From: Candidatus Magasanikiibacteriota bacterium
GTDB taxonomy: Bacteria; Patescibacteriota; Patescibacteriia; Magasanikbacterales; UBA922
Length of the DNA: 64,000 nt
Reading direction: 5' to 3'
NCBI GenBank assembly: GCA_016193335.1
Contig: JACPSK010000001.1
Location: 343,424-407,423, forward strand
Positions 9,770 through 20,149 of the stretch are shown piece by piece. The translations under genes and the position numbers were made by a program. Numbering within the stretch: position 1 is the stretch's first letter; every line of letters begins with the position of its first letter. Below the pieces are notes generated by a model, which was given only the letters and a program-made list of their open reading frames with translations, ran no database searches and was not told where the DNA came from.

Positions 9770-10627
9770 TCATAGCAGTTCTTCCAAAATTCTTTTCAAC
9801 TCTTCTTTGGAATGAAAACTGATCTCTATGCTTCCATGTTCGCCTCTCACGTGGATGCGCGCTTTTGAACCGAAACGTTTTTCAAGCATTTCTTCTTGAA
9901 CCAGTATATTTGGATCCCTGCGCACAGATCCTTTTCTGGATTTCTCTCCTTTGCGCGCCACCGCGGCTTCAACATCTCGCACAGACAGACTCTGCCCTAT
10001 CATGCTTTTGAACAAAGCCATTTGCTCTTGAGGATCTTTTAGACTCAAAAGCGCTCGCGCTTTGCCAGCGCTCAGCGTTCCATCCGAGAGAGCTTTCTGT
10101 ATGTCCTCCGGAAGATCCAAAAGACGGATGGTGTTGGCTATCACCGGTCTGCTTTTGCCCAAACGCTCCGCCAATTCTTGCTGAGTGAGATTAAATTCTT
10201 CTATCAAACGTTTGAAAGCGAAAGCTTCTTCAACAGGACTCAAATCTTGACGTTGTATATTTTCAATGAGAGCAAGCTCTAATTTCTCTTGACGAGTGGC
10301 GCTCCGGACCAGCGCGGGCACGCTTACAAAGCCGGCAAGCTGAGCGGCTCGCAATCGGCGTTCGCCGGCTATCAATTCATAGCCCCCGTCTTCTTTCTCT
10401 GCCACGTTGAGCGGCTGAAGGATACCGTGGCGTTTGATGGATGAAACCAAATCTTGGAGTTCTTCTTCGGAAAAACGCTTCCGAGGTTGCTCTGAATTAG
10501 GCGTTATTTCCGATAACGGAATATGCCAGAGACGCTCGGAATGAGATATTTTTTCTTCACCGGCCGCTTTGCGTTCTTTGCCGGATCTGCTTGGTATAAG
10601 AGAGTTTAGACCTTTGCCAAGAGCCAT
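9770..10627 (-). CDS. parB: Chromosome partitioning protein ParB (Spo0J)
   Basis: ParB box (LIAGERRLRAAQLAG), HTH, GKGLNSLIP N-terminus; adjacent to parA. Confidence 0.85.
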   Translation of the reverse strand: MALGKGLNSLIPSRSGKERKAAGEEKISHSERLWHIPLSEITPNSEQPRKRFSEEELQDLVSSIKRHGILQPLNVAEKEDGGYELIAGERRLRAAQLAGFVSVPALVRSATRQEKLELALIENIQRQDLSPVEEAFAFKRLIEEFNLTQQELAERLGKSRPVIANTIRLLDLPEDIQKALSDGTLSAGKARALLSLKDPQEQMALFKSMIGQSLSVRDVEAAVARKGEKSRKGSVRRDPNILVQEEMLEKRFGSKARIHVRGEHGSIEISFHSKEELKRILEELL

Positions 10628-10729
10628 ATAACGTATAATTACTTAATTATGAAATGTCTTTTTCCAAAACAGCTTCTTCTGTCAACTACCGCGATAAACT
10701 GACCGAGTATGGATAAAGGTAAAAAAATG

Positions 10730-11507
10730 TTACGCCTCAGCCGCCGCATGCTTTTCCAGTATCTCTCTCGCCAAACGTTCATAAGCCCGAGCTCCTTTTC
10801 CTTTTGGATCATACTGAAAAATGGATTGTCCGAAACTGGGAGCTTCGGCCAAACGCACGGTTCTGGGGATCACGGAACGAAAAATCGTGTCGGGAAAATA
10901 TTTGTATAGTTCGTGCATCACTTCTTCGGACAAACGCGTCCTCTTGTCGAACATGGTGATAACAGCTCCGAGCACATTCAATTCTGGTTTTATGTGATTC
11001 TGGACCAAGCTAATAGTTTGCAGAAGCTGGCCAAGACCCTCGAGCGCGTAATATTCAGCCTGGACAGGTATCAAAAGCTCATCCGCCGCGACAAGACCAT
11101 TTATAGTCAGAAGCCCCAGAGAAGGCGGGCAATCTATAATAATGTAATCATACGCGTGTCGAGCTTCCAATAAAACGTCTGACAATTTGTGTTCCCGTCT
11201 CTCCATGCCCACCAGCTCCACATTGGCGCCTGCCAAATCTTGAGTGGCGGGACTGATTCGCAATCCTTCGTGTTTGGTATTATAGACCGTATCGTGCATG
11301 CGCCTTTCTCCTGAGAGAGCCTGGTAAATTCCCCCCGGGATTTTATCCCGAATGACTCCAAGCCCGCTCGTCGCGTTGCCCTGGGGGTCCATATCCACCA
11401 ATAGCACAAATTTGCCTGCTTCCGACAGGGCCGCGGCCACATTTACGGCTGAAGTGGTCTTCCCCACCCCGCCTTTTTGATTTACAACCGAAATAACGCG
11501 TGACATA
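10730..11507 (-). CDS. parA: Chromosome partitioning ATPase ParA (Soj)
   Basis: Deviant Walker A (NQKGGVGKTT). Start taken at MSRVISVV (11507), not the longer ORF beginning at 11614. Confidence 0.85.
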
Positions 11508-11584
11508 TGTTTAATAGTATAACTCAAATTGACATGAGCCACAATACAATATATACTGTCCCAACGTAATCCCAAGCCTCTCAA

Positions 11585-11669
11585 GCCCGAGTGGCGGAAT
11601 TGGCAGACGCGCACGACTCAAAATCGTGTGAAGCAATTCATGTGGGTTCGATTCCCACCTCGGGCACCA
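11585..11669 (+). tRNA. tRNA-Leu (anticodon CAA), CCA encoded
   Basis: Acceptor gcccgag/ctcgggc, anticodon loop ctCAAaa, long variable arm, T-arm gggttcgattccc, 3' CCA. Confidence 0.85.
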
Positions 11670-11718
11670 AAATCTGACTTTTGAATGCGGTCACATAAAC
11701 ACAGCATTCCCAGCGCAC

Positions 11719-12693
11719 ATGGCACTTCAACATATTGTATTTGACATCATAATAACCATACTCATACTCGCAAGCGCCTTGCCGGCGGCTTTTTTATTTT
11801 GGAAAATCAAGCTAAAAAAAGGAATTTTTTACAAATATAAAACTGTAAATTCAATCCTTGCCTGTCTGATGCTGTCCGGAAGCATTATCATATTCTACGG
11901 GAGTTACATAGAGCCGCGCATTATCATAAAAAAACAAAAAGAAATAGATCTCCCGGGCATAGAACAAAGTATCCGAATAGCTCTTATAGCGGATATGCAA
12001 CTGGGCCCTTACAAGCGAGAAAAATTCATGAATCGGATAGTGGAAAAAATAGACGCGGAAAAGCCTGATCTTGTTTTTATTGCCGGGGACTTGATAGACA
12101 ATACAGGAGGCGGCCTGCCTGAGCTTGAATTTTTGAATCCCATACAAAAACTTTCTGGTCGGACCCCTGTATACGCGGTAAACGGTAACCATGAATACGG
12201 GCTGTTTACCGCCAATGACATAGACAAACCGCGAACAAGCCTCGACTTGAGCAAAAAAACTGAAACAAAAATGGAGTCTCTTGGAGTCCGCTATCTGGCG
12301 AACGAACTTGAAACAATAACCGTGAATTCAGAATCGTTTTATTTGTTCGGAGGCGATGAATTCTGGACTCGAAAATTGGATTTGTCTCCACTCGATCGAC
12401 GTTTTGATTCTTCCAAACCCACCATAGCGCTCCTCCACAATCCAGCGGCCACTTGGGACTTGGCCGGGCATGATATAGACCTGGCTCTCATGGGGCACAC
12501 GCACGGAGGCCAAATAAGACTCCCCTTCATAGGTCCCCTCGGCCGAGCAGACCACGTTATACCATCAAAGTGGTACAAGGGATGGTACACCTTTGAAGGC
12601 CTAAAAGTATTTGTTACAAGCGGAGTTGGCGAAAGCGGCGCCAGAGCCCGTCTTTTTAATCCTCCTGAAATCGTGTATCTGACGATAAAATAA
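11719..12693 (+). CDS. Membrane-anchored calcineurin-like metallophosphoesterase
   Basis: N-terminal TM segments, then GDLID, GNHE and GHTHGG metallophosphatase motifs. Confidence 0.7.
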   Translation: MALQHIVFDIIITILILASALPAAFLFWKIKLKKGIFYKYKTVNSILACLMLSGSIIIFYGSYIEPRIIIKKQKEIDLPGIEQSIRIALIADMQLGPYKREKFMNRIVEKIDAEKPDLVFIAGDLIDNTGGGLPELEFLNPIQKLSGRTPVYAVNGNHEYGLFTANDIDKPRTSLDLSKKTETKMESLGVRYLANELETITVNSESFYLFGGDEFWTRKLDLSPLDRRFDSSKPTIALLHNPAATWDLAGHDIDLALMGHTHGGQIRLPFIGPLGRADHVIPSKWYKGWYTFEGLKVFVTSGVGESGARARLFNPPEIVYLTIK

Positions 12694-12699
12694 AATGAC

Positions 12700-13752
12700 T
12701 CAGCCAGCAGTTGGTACTCTCCACTCGTAATTGTTAAATACCCACTCCGCCGCGTCCCTTGCCTCGGTAAAACGTTTCTCATGAGTCGCGGCTCCAAGCA
12801 CGACGACATCAAGCTCCTGTCCCCCTTCAGAACCCACGCGCATCACAAAATTGTATCCGGCCGCCGGAATATATCCTGTTTTCCCTCCGGAAAATTTTGC
12901 GAAAGAATGAGGTATCCAGCCGAGCAGGAGCCAATCGGTATTCCACATGTGCTTTTCATAGTCTCCGTCCAAAGTTTTTATAGTAAATTCCTCTTTTTCC
13001 AGCGAGAGCCGTATTTTATCCTGCCTCATGGCTTCATCAAGAAGTATGACCAGATCTGACGCAGTCGATACATTTTCCTCATCAAGACCAGTGGGATCTC
13101 TAAACACGGTTTGTAGCATACCAAGTTCCATAGCCTTATGATTCATTCGTTCCACAAAAACTTCCCTGGATAACCCCATGCCATCTATAAGAGAAAGAAC
13201 AGCTTTGTTCGAAGATCCGACCAAAGAAGCCTCCCATAAATCTTCTGAGGCGTAAACGCTCCCCGGCATCAAAAAGCTGTCAAAAGTCTGATCAGAAACA
13301 GCAGTGCTTGTGGCCTTCCATTCCTGGCCGTGTTCGAGGATGACCAAAGCGCTCATCAGTTTGCTCACGCTGGCCATTGAATGGGATTCATATTCGTTTT
13401 TTCCAAGAAGAACTTTCCCGCTCTCAATATCCTTTACCAAAAGGCCAACCGCGCTGAAAACCGACATATCCAAATCACCCCCTTCTATTTTAACCGGGCC
13501 TTTCTCTTCAAAAAAAGATTTATGTATCTGAAGATCTCCGCCTTCCAAAGAAGGAGTTATAGTGTTCTCTGGTTCTGGCAAAGACGCTGAATCATTTGAC
13601 GTGTCTGCTCGCGCCGTCTCTAAAATTTGAAAAGACAAATACGGAGAAAAAATATAGACCGAAAAAGCAAGCAAGGCAAAAAAACACAAAACATTGCGAA
13701 AAATATTTTCAAAATACGATGGCGTGGAAAAAGGGTCTGAGATCATATTCAT
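12700..13752 (-). CDS. D-alanyl-D-alanine carboxypeptidase (PBP5/S11-type serine peptidase)
   Basis: Signal/TM N-terminus, SxxK (SVSKLM), SxN (GSSN), KTG (GGKTGY) motifs in the correct order. Confidence 0.7.
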   Translation of the reverse strand: MNMISDPFSTPSYFENIFRNVLCFFALLAFSVYIFSPYLSFQILETARADTSNDSASLPEPENTITPSLEGGDLQIHKSFFEEKGPVKIEGGDLDMSVFSAVGLLVKDIESGKVLLGKNEYESHSMASVSKLMSALVILEHGQEWKATSTAVSDQTFDSFLMPGSVYASEDLWEASLVGSSNKAVLSLIDGMGLSREVFVERMNHKAMELGMLQTVFRDPTGLDEENVSTASDLVILLDEAMRQDKIRLSLEKEEFTIKTLDGDYEKHMWNTDWLLLGWIPHSFAKFSGGKTGYIPAAGYNFVMRVGSEGGQELDVVVLGAATHEKRFTEARDAAEWVFNNYEWRVPTAG

Positions 13753-14300
13753 TCGTTCTCTTTTTCTGTTTCAACAAGAGGACGTATATTTTCATGTTTG
13801 CTCAAAAAATCATAATCAGGCAAGTCCGCGGGACTCGATATGCCTAAAGCCCTCATCGCGTCGATGGAAATATAATACTGAGGAAAAAGCTCGCGCGGAT
13901 CTTCTTTCTCCTCTATCAGACCTCTCTGGAGCAAATTCCTAATAATCACCGCGCAATTCACGCCTCTGATCTGTTCTATGCCAGCTCGCGTAATAGGCTC
14001 TCGGTATGCGATAACCGTTGCCGTCTCCAGCTGCGCGGGGGTCAATTCTCCGGAGCATTCTCGTTTTTTGAAACGTTCAACCTGTTCTGAACAAGCCGGA
14101 TTGCTTAGCATTTGAAAATCAATTCCATTATCCGCTATGCGCACACCCGATTCGGGAACATTGTACTTTTTCTTCAGTTCTTGTATAGCTTCTTGCACTT
14201 CTTCGATCCGGACTTCCAAAATACGCGCTATCTTCTTTATATCCAATGCCTGAGAAGCGACGAATAAAATGGATTCAACTTTGGTTTGTAAGGCATCCAT
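13749..14300 (-). CDS. scpB: Segregation and condensation protein B
   Basis: Winged-helix ScpB fold (ILFVASQALDIKKIARIL); operon with scpA. Confidence 0.75.
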   Translation of the reverse strand: MDALQTKVESILFVASQALDIKKIARILEVRIEEVQEAIQELKKKYNVPESGVRIADNGIDFQMLSNPACSEQVERFKKRECSGELTPAQLETATVIAYREPITRAGIEQIRGVNCAVIIRNLLQRGLIEEKEDPRELFPQYYISIDAMRALGISSPADLPDYDFLSKHENIRPLVETEKENE

Positions 14301-14317
14301 ATGATGTGTCTATTATC

Positions 14318-15019
14318 TTATGTAAGTTTCACTTTGCTCACTATAATATCTCCAAATAAAGATTCCTGGGCGGCGCTGACTTTTTTTTGCTTCAAAAGTT
14401 CCAATACGGCGAGAAAACTGGCTATGGCCTCACTCCGATTATAGGGATTTTTTAGTATAGCAAAAAAATTAAAATTCCGCTTCTTAAGGAGGAGATTTCT
14501 GATCTCCTTCATTTTTTGTTTTACCGAAACGACGCTGTACAGAGTGGACTTCGGCAAAACTTTGGGAGCTTCAAGACGAGTGATAAGTCTCTTCATGGCC
14601 TGCGCTATCGCGTCAATGTCAAAATGCTTGGGGGCTTCGTATGTCTTCGGTCTTTGGAGCGCTTCAATGCGTTCATAGGAAAAGCCTTGCGTGTTCCATA
14701 AACGGTTGACATTTTTCGCGGCCTCAACAAACATTTTATACACGCGCAATTGTTCGGCAAGATCTGATTCTGATTCTTCTTCTGGAAGAAGTTCAGGCAA
14801 AAGAGCCTTGGATTTGATAAGCAGTAGTTTGGTGGCAATCAACAAAAAATCCGCCAATTGTTCCGGTTGCCTTTCCTCGACTGTCTCCAAATGGCTGAGA
14901 TATTGTTCAGTAACCGAAGACAAAGAAACTTCTGTGATACTGAGTTCTTTTTCTTGTATAAGCGACAACAAAAGCTCCAAAGGTCCTGAAAATGATTGTA
15001 ATGTCACGGTTATGCTCAT
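14318..15019 (-). CDS. scpA: Segregation and condensation protein A (kleisin)
   Basis: Size and sequence character (LLELLLSLIQEKELSITEVSL ... FLAVLELLK) typical of ScpA; lies upstream of scpB. Confidence 0.7.
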   Translation of the reverse strand: MSITVTLQSFSGPLELLLSLIQEKELSITEVSLSSVTEQYLSHLETVEERQPEQLADFLLIATKLLLIKSKALLPELLPEEESESDLAEQLRVYKMFVEAAKNVNRLWNTQGFSYERIEALQRPKTYEAPKHFDIDAIAQAMKRLITRLEAPKVLPKSTLYSVVSVKQKMKEIRNLLLKKRNFNFFAILKNPYNRSEAIASFLAVLELLKQKKVSAAQESLFGDIIVSKVKLT

Positions 15020-15232
15020 ATACGACCACGTTCTGTTTATCGTCAGGGAGAATATGAAAACCCGACGGATAAAGCACCGACGATTATTATTTTAGGGCCC
15101 GCGGAGTCAACCCGCTTCGCTCTCGCGCGCGTCCTCGGCCCTCTAAAACAATAATCATCAGTGCGAAACTGCCAGTGTTTTCACACAATGAAAGCCGAAT
15201 AAATAAAGTCAGACGACCAGAACCTAACAAGA

Positions 15233-16966
15233 TCAAATTGAATTCATGTCAAAAACCACATAAGCGTCCGATTCGTAAACGTTCTTAAAATAGGGTTCTT
15301 GAAATAATGAGGCGGGCAAGTTGATCTGGTAAGCTTTAATACCATTGGGGAAATCATCAAGATTAAAATATATTGGATAAAAAATTTTTCTGTCATTAAA
15401 AAAAATAAAACGATCTATGGCCCCAAAAAAACTCCCCTTTATGAGGTTGTGCAATTCTTCCGGCGATTTTGACCTGGCCATGTCCTCGATAAAACCCAGG
15501 CGTTCCGAGAAACGCGCGGCCGGATGCGAAACATGCATATTATAATATATAAATGAATTTAAGGGCAGTAGAGCCTGCAACTGCAATATGCCCGAATGCA
15601 GAGTTACGGTTTCGGGAAGCTTCTCCTGTTTGGACAAAAAATCCCGCAAGCTCGGAATACCCGGAGTGAATGATTTTGCTTGGACTCTAGTTTCATGGAC
15701 GGCCGGATAATCCGAAAAAGCGCCAAAAATGGAACCATGGACAGCAAGAAGAAGAATAAGGATTATACTGATTGAATGCTGATGATATCGAAAAAAAATC
15801 CGCTCTCTGAAACGCCGGCGCAGTCGCTCTATCCCATATCCGACTGCCAAGGCCAAAACCGCATCATTAAAATACATAAAACCCTTTGATTCTTGAAGCG
15901 GTGAAGCGAAAAAAAGAATGGAAACATAGCCCATTAATTGCCAAATATAAGGAACAACAAACAGACAAAGCAAAGAGCGCGCGTAGCGTTCTTTGCGAAA
16001 CCAAAGGAGAGAGGCCAAGCCCAAAAAAGCCGCCAAACCCCTGGGGCTAAAAACATCTGTGGGCAGATCTGTTTTTAAACGATCAATAATAGTAAAACCC
16101 AGTTGCCAATTTTCCGCCCCGAAACTCAGGTAAGCTTGCGCCAAAGGAAACCAATAGGGCAAAGCCACAAGGACCAGACATAGCCCTACTGCCGTGAACC
16201 AGGCATAGCGTTTCAGCCCGACTTTTTCATCCGAAAACAGATTGTAGATGGCCAGGCCAATGACCGCAAGGAAAATCCAAAAATAGAATGTCATAAAGAG
16301 CAAACCGCCTGTTACACCAAAGAAAAGCAAATGTTTATAATTGAAACTTTTCCGATACATGGAATCCAAAAACCAGACAGCCCACAAGACACTGAGCGAA
16401 GCGCTGACAAATTCATATTGTTTTATAATCACCGCGTCCGGATCCACCAAAGCAAAAAGAAGCAGGGCAGAGACAAGCCAAGCAGTCGCATTTGGCAGGC
16501 CTTTGTCTTCTCTGTCTATCTGCCTATGCCAATACCATTTTTGAATGGCATAAAAAAAAGCGGGATACAGAAGGAAAATGGAGAATGTCGCGAGCTTTGC
16601 CAGCTGGATCCCGTTTAAATCAAACCACTGGCCCGGCAATCTGAACAAAAGAAAAAATAAGGGCGGATAATAGGCCGGCAAACTCGGATACACAAAATCG
16701 AAAAAGGGCTTGCCATGAGCCGCCATTTCATATAAAGCGGCTATAAAATTTTCATCGCCGATCATTCCCCAAAACATGAGATCCATACCATCCACTAAAA
16801 TATAATAAGCGGCCGCGGAACAAAAACCAAAAAGAGCCAGAAACCAAATTGGTTTAGCACGCTTATACACACAGACAATTCCGAGCAAAACAAAAAAAAC
16901 AAGACAAAGCTTGATAAGTATAAAATGCTGTAGGTCCGTATAAAAAAGTTCTTGCATGAAAAACAA
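15233..16966 (-). CDS. Polytopic integral membrane protein, possible GT-C-type glycosyltransferase
   Basis: 577 aa, at least 12 predicted TM helices, aromatic-rich loops. No defining catalytic motif recognised. Confidence 0.35.
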   Translation of the reverse strand: MFFMQELFYTDLQHFILIKLCLVFFVLLGIVCVYKRAKPIWFLALFGFCSAAAYYILVDGMDLMFWGMIGDENFIAALYEMAAHGKPFFDFVYPSLPAYYPPLFFLLFRLPGQWFDLNGIQLAKLATFSIFLLYPAFFYAIQKWYWHRQIDREDKGLPNATAWLVSALLLFALVDPDAVIIKQYEFVSASLSVLWAVWFLDSMYRKSFNYKHLLFFGVTGGLLFMTFYFWIFLAVIGLAIYNLFSDEKVGLKRYAWFTAVGLCLVLVALPYWFPLAQAYLSFGAENWQLGFTIIDRLKTDLPTDVFSPRGLAAFLGLASLLWFRKERYARSLLCLFVVPYIWQLMGYVSILFFASPLQESKGFMYFNDAVLALAVGYGIERLRRRFRERIFFRYHQHSISIILILLLAVHGSIFGAFSDYPAVHETRVQAKSFTPGIPSLRDFLSKQEKLPETVTLHSGILQLQALLPLNSFIYYNMHVSHPAARFSERLGFIEDMARSKSPEELHNLIKGSFFGAIDRFIFFNDRKIFYPIYFNLDDFPNGIKAYQINLPASLFQEPYFKNVYESDAYVVFDMNSI

Positions 16967-17003
16967 CTCTTTCTAATTTCGACCGGACTCGGCCGGCCGG
17001 CTT

Positions 17004-18794
17004 TCAAATTATTTTAATTCCCAACTCTTTCAGCTGTTTTTCATCAACCGGAGAAGGGCTGCCCATCATAGGCTCCTCGGCCTTTTGATTTTTCGGGAAA
17101 GGCACCACGGTTCTGATGCTCTTTTCGCCGAGAAGCGCCATAACCAAACGTTCGATCCCCGGAGCGAAACCGCAGTGAGGAGGCGCGCCAAATTCAAAAG
17201 CTTTTATCATGTGTCCAAATTTGCGATCCACGTCTTCTTTTTTGTATCCCGCGATTTCAAATGCTTTGTACATGATCTCAGGATCTTTGTTGCGGACCGC
17301 TCCCGAAGAGAGCTCCAGACCATTGGCGATAATATCATACTGATGGGCCAATATCTCAAGAGGATTCTTATTCAGGAGAGCCTCCAAACCACCCTGTGGC
17401 ATTGAGAAAGGATTGTGCCCAAAATCAATACGCTGTTCTTGTTCATTCCATTCGAACATGGGAAAATCCACAATCCAAGCCCAGGCAATGAGATTGGGGT
17501 CAGCGAGATTTTGTTTTTCCGCAACAAGAGTGCGCACCGCTCCAAGCGCCTCGCAACTCGTCTTCCAATGGTCCGCGGAAAAAAAGATGATACTTCCCTC
17601 GCCCGGTTTTAATTGTTCTTCCAAATTTCTTAATTGTTCTTCATCAAAAAATTTAACAATGCCGCCTTCGAATGCTTTGCTCGTATATTTCATCCAGGCC
17701 AAACCTTTCGCGTGAGCTCTCATGGCGACATCAGTATATTCTTCATCTATTTCTTTGCGAGTAAATTCAGCCCCGCCCGGTACTGCAAGCGCCCGGATAT
17801 GTTTCGCGTTTTTAAAGACATTGAATTCAGTCTTATGAGCCCAGTCGCTTATGTCTTTTAATTCCAAATCATAGCGCAGATCAGGCCTGTCTCCACCATA
17901 TCTTTCCATGATTTCTTTGTAAGCCAATCTGGGGAAAGGCTTCTGCTTCACCTTTTTCCCGGTCAATTCTTCGGTAAGTCCTATAAATAAAGGCTCCATA
18001 AGATCAAAAAATTCGTCCTGCTCCAAAAAACTGGTTTCAACATCAAGCTGGTAAAATTCACCCGGGCTTCGGTCCGCGCGCGGATCTTCATCTCGCATAC
18101 AAGGAGCGATCTGATAATACCGATCAAAACCCGCGACCATAAGGAGCTGTTTGTATTGCTGAGGCGCTTGGGGTAAAGCGTAGAATGACCCGGGATGCAG
18201 ACGGCTCGGCACCAAAAAATCGCGGGCTCCTTCCGGAGAAGATACCGTAAGTATGGGAGTCGCCACATTCACGAAATTTCTGGATTCCATGAAATTCCTG
18301 ATATAAGACTCCATGCGGGCCCGGAACAAAATATTATTTTTTAACTTTTCTCTTCTGAGCTCGAGAAAACGATATCTGAGACGCAAATCTTCGTCTTCTT
18401 CGCCTTTGCCTGTTTCAAAAATTTCAAAAGGCAGGGTCTTGGCCACGCTCAGTATTTCGAGATTTTTAGCGGAAATTTCTATCTCTCCGGTTGGCAATTC
18501 TTTGTTTATGGTTTTTTCTTCACGAAGAAGCACTTCGCCGGAAACTTTTATGATATATTCATATTTTAAAGTCTCCACCAGTTGGAAATTACCCACTTCT
18601 TCCGGATGAAACACCACTTGAGTAATACCATAGCGATCTCTCAAATCCACAAAAATAAGCCCGCCCAGGTCCCTTCTCTTGTGCACCCAGCCGGACAAAG
18701 TAACCTTCTGCCCTACTTGTTCTTTTTTCAATTCTCCGCAGGTATGGGTTCTGTACATAATTGAGAGTATGAATATTTTAATCAAGTTCTCCAT
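17004..18794 (-). CDS. aspS: Aspartyl-tRNA synthetase
   Basis: N-terminal OB anticodon-binding domain (RTHTCGEL ... GWVHKRRDLGGLIFVDLRDRYG), class II motifs 1-3 (FYALPQSPQ, GFDRYYQIA, GLAPGIERL-like). True start probably MYRTH at 18758. Confidence 0.85.
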   Translation of the reverse strand: MENLIKIFILSIMYRTHTCGELKKEQVGQKVTLSGWVHKRRDLGGLIFVDLRDRYGITQVVFHPEEVGNFQLVETLKYEYIIKVSGEVLLREEKTINKELPTGEIEISAKNLEILSVAKTLPFEIFETGKGEEDEDLRLRYRFLELRREKLKNNILFRARMESYIRNFMESRNFVNVATPILTVSSPEGARDFLVPSRLHPGSFYALPQAPQQYKQLLMVAGFDRYYQIAPCMRDEDPRADRSPGEFYQLDVETSFLEQDEFFDLMEPLFIGLTEELTGKKVKQKPFPRLAYKEIMERYGGDRPDLRYDLELKDISDWAHKTEFNVFKNAKHIRALAVPGGAEFTRKEIDEEYTDVAMRAHAKGLAWMKYTSKAFEGGIVKFFDEEQLRNLEEQLKPGEGSIIFFSADHWKTSCEALGAVRTLVAEKQNLADPNLIAWAWIVDFPMFEWNEQEQRIDFGHNPFSMPQGGLEALLNKNPLEILAHQYDIIANGLELSSGAVRNKDPEIMYKAFEIAGYKKEDVDRKFGHMIKAFEFGAPPHCGFAPGIERLVMALLGEKSIRTVVPFPKNQKAEEPMMGSPSPVDEKQLKELGIKII

Positions 18795-19148
18795 TCCCGG
18801 CTAAGCCGAATTAACTACGAGGGATTATCAACATATTCCTCAATGAGATCACTGATTTGGAAATCCTGCGAAGTTAAACCGCTTCGCTCTGTCACTCGTC
18901 TTTAGGTTTTCCAGATCAGCCGCATCATTGGAGAATACCTATGGGATTTTTCCAATCTGTCTGACCGGTGTTAAATTCGTCTGGTATTGTAACAAAATGA
19001 GACATTTTTGCAATGCCTGAAATTGCTCTTTACATAGGGTAAAAAAATCTCTTTTTTCTCCCCAAAAAGCACCGTCCAAAATTGACAAAACCCATAAAAT
19101 ATGCTCTACTTACTCTGATTTCATGCTATGTATGAATGCTCTTTTACG

Positions 19149-19160
19149 AGCAAGGCGCGG
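19149..19160. repeat. Left arm of the cassette-1 terminal inverted repeat (agcaaggcgcgg)
   Basis: Exact reverse complement of 19849-19860 (ccgcgccttgct), which lies 5 nt after the stop codon. Embedded in the motif gctcttttacgagcaaggcg, which is shared with cassette 2. Confidence 0.7.
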
Positions 19161-19271
19161 ATGAACAATCACAACGTATAACGGTTGCGTTTCCAGCAAA
19201 GATATCTGCTGAAAATGTTACCGTTATACTGTTTGGAATGTTCTACTTTCAGCCACCGGCGGGAGGGCAAC

Positions 19272-19844
19272 ATGATTCGTTTCATCGCGACGTCGCTGTT
19301 TTTGGTCTGCGCTTCTTGCGCAGGAGACGCGGGCACGCCCGCCCCTACCAATGACTTTGACGTAAAGAAACCCGGATATTCACCAGACTCCGGAGTCTGG
19401 TATTCGGCCGAAGTCGCCGACTCGGGTGGAGCTCAAGACACCAAAGGCCTCGAAACAGAGGCGCCTGATCATGGTCCTGAGACGCCCGATGTTGAGCCGG
19501 ACCACTGCAAAAAGTTCGTGGTCTACGGACTGTGCCAGACTTGGTACAAAGACTTTGACTTGACGAGCCCCACTGAAGTGGTCTGCCTTTCCGTGCCGGG
19601 AACCGAATTCGGGCTCGGGACCTGCCGGATCCACATGGGCGCGAACTGGCTAAGCGGAGGCAATATCTTCTTTGGCACCGCTCTGCCGCTCGAGAATGAC
19701 CTCGGCACTATGCAGGTAATGCTGGACTTGACGCTCTGCCCCTCCAAGAAAGAAGGAGCAGACAACAACGAGTGCATGGCCTACCGCGTTCGGTTGACCA
19801 ACAGCACCAAGTGGTTCAGCGTGGATTGGTTTTGGCATCTCTGA
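19272..19844 (+). CDS. GC-rich (about 60% GC) Cys-containing secreted lipoprotein, cassette copy 1
   Basis: SD-like gggagggcaacATG; signal peptide MIRFIATSLFLVCASCAG; acidic Pro/Glu linker; C-terminal Cys/Trp-rich domain. Composition contrasts sharply with the AT-rich flanks. Confidence 0.6.
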   Translation: MIRFIATSLFLVCASCAGDAGTPAPTNDFDVKKPGYSPDSGVWYSAEVADSGGAQDTKGLETEAPDHGPETPDVEPDHCKKFVVYGLCQTWYKDFDLTSPTEVVCLSVPGTEFGLGTCRIHMGANWLSGGNIFFGTALPLENDLGTMQVMLDLTLCPSKKEGADNNECMAYRVRLTNSTKWFSVDWFWHL

Positions 19845-19848
19845 TCCG

Positions 19849-19860
19849 CCGCGCCTTGCT
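19849..19860. repeat. Right arm of the cassette-1 terminal inverted repeat
   Basis: ccgcgccttgct is the reverse complement of 19149-19160. Confidence 0.7.
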
Positions 19861-20016
19861 TCCCAATCGATATCTATTTACTTGAAGGGATAGGCTCCTC
19901 CTATTTATCCACCGCATACACACAGATGTATAAATACTCGCTTGACAGCCTACGGCACCTTATGTTCTACTTATTATGGATGATTCTTTTCGTATGTATC
20001 TTCCGCTCTTTTACAA

Positions 20017-20027
20017 GCAAGGCGTAG
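20017..20027. repeat. Left arm of the cassette-2 terminal inverted repeat (gcaaggcgtag)
   Basis: Exact reverse complement of 20794-20804 (ctacgccttgc), 3 nt after the stop. Differs from the cassette-1 arms by compensatory changes (cgg to tag, ccg to cta). Confidence 0.7.
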
Positions 20028-20149
20028 AAAATACAGTGTTGTGGTGTATGTAGGGAACAAGCCAAATAAAAAGGCAATTGCTCCTTACATACATCACAAC
20101 ACCCAAATCACATCTCTCTCTTTTTCTCCCACTCAGGGAGGAGGGCAAC

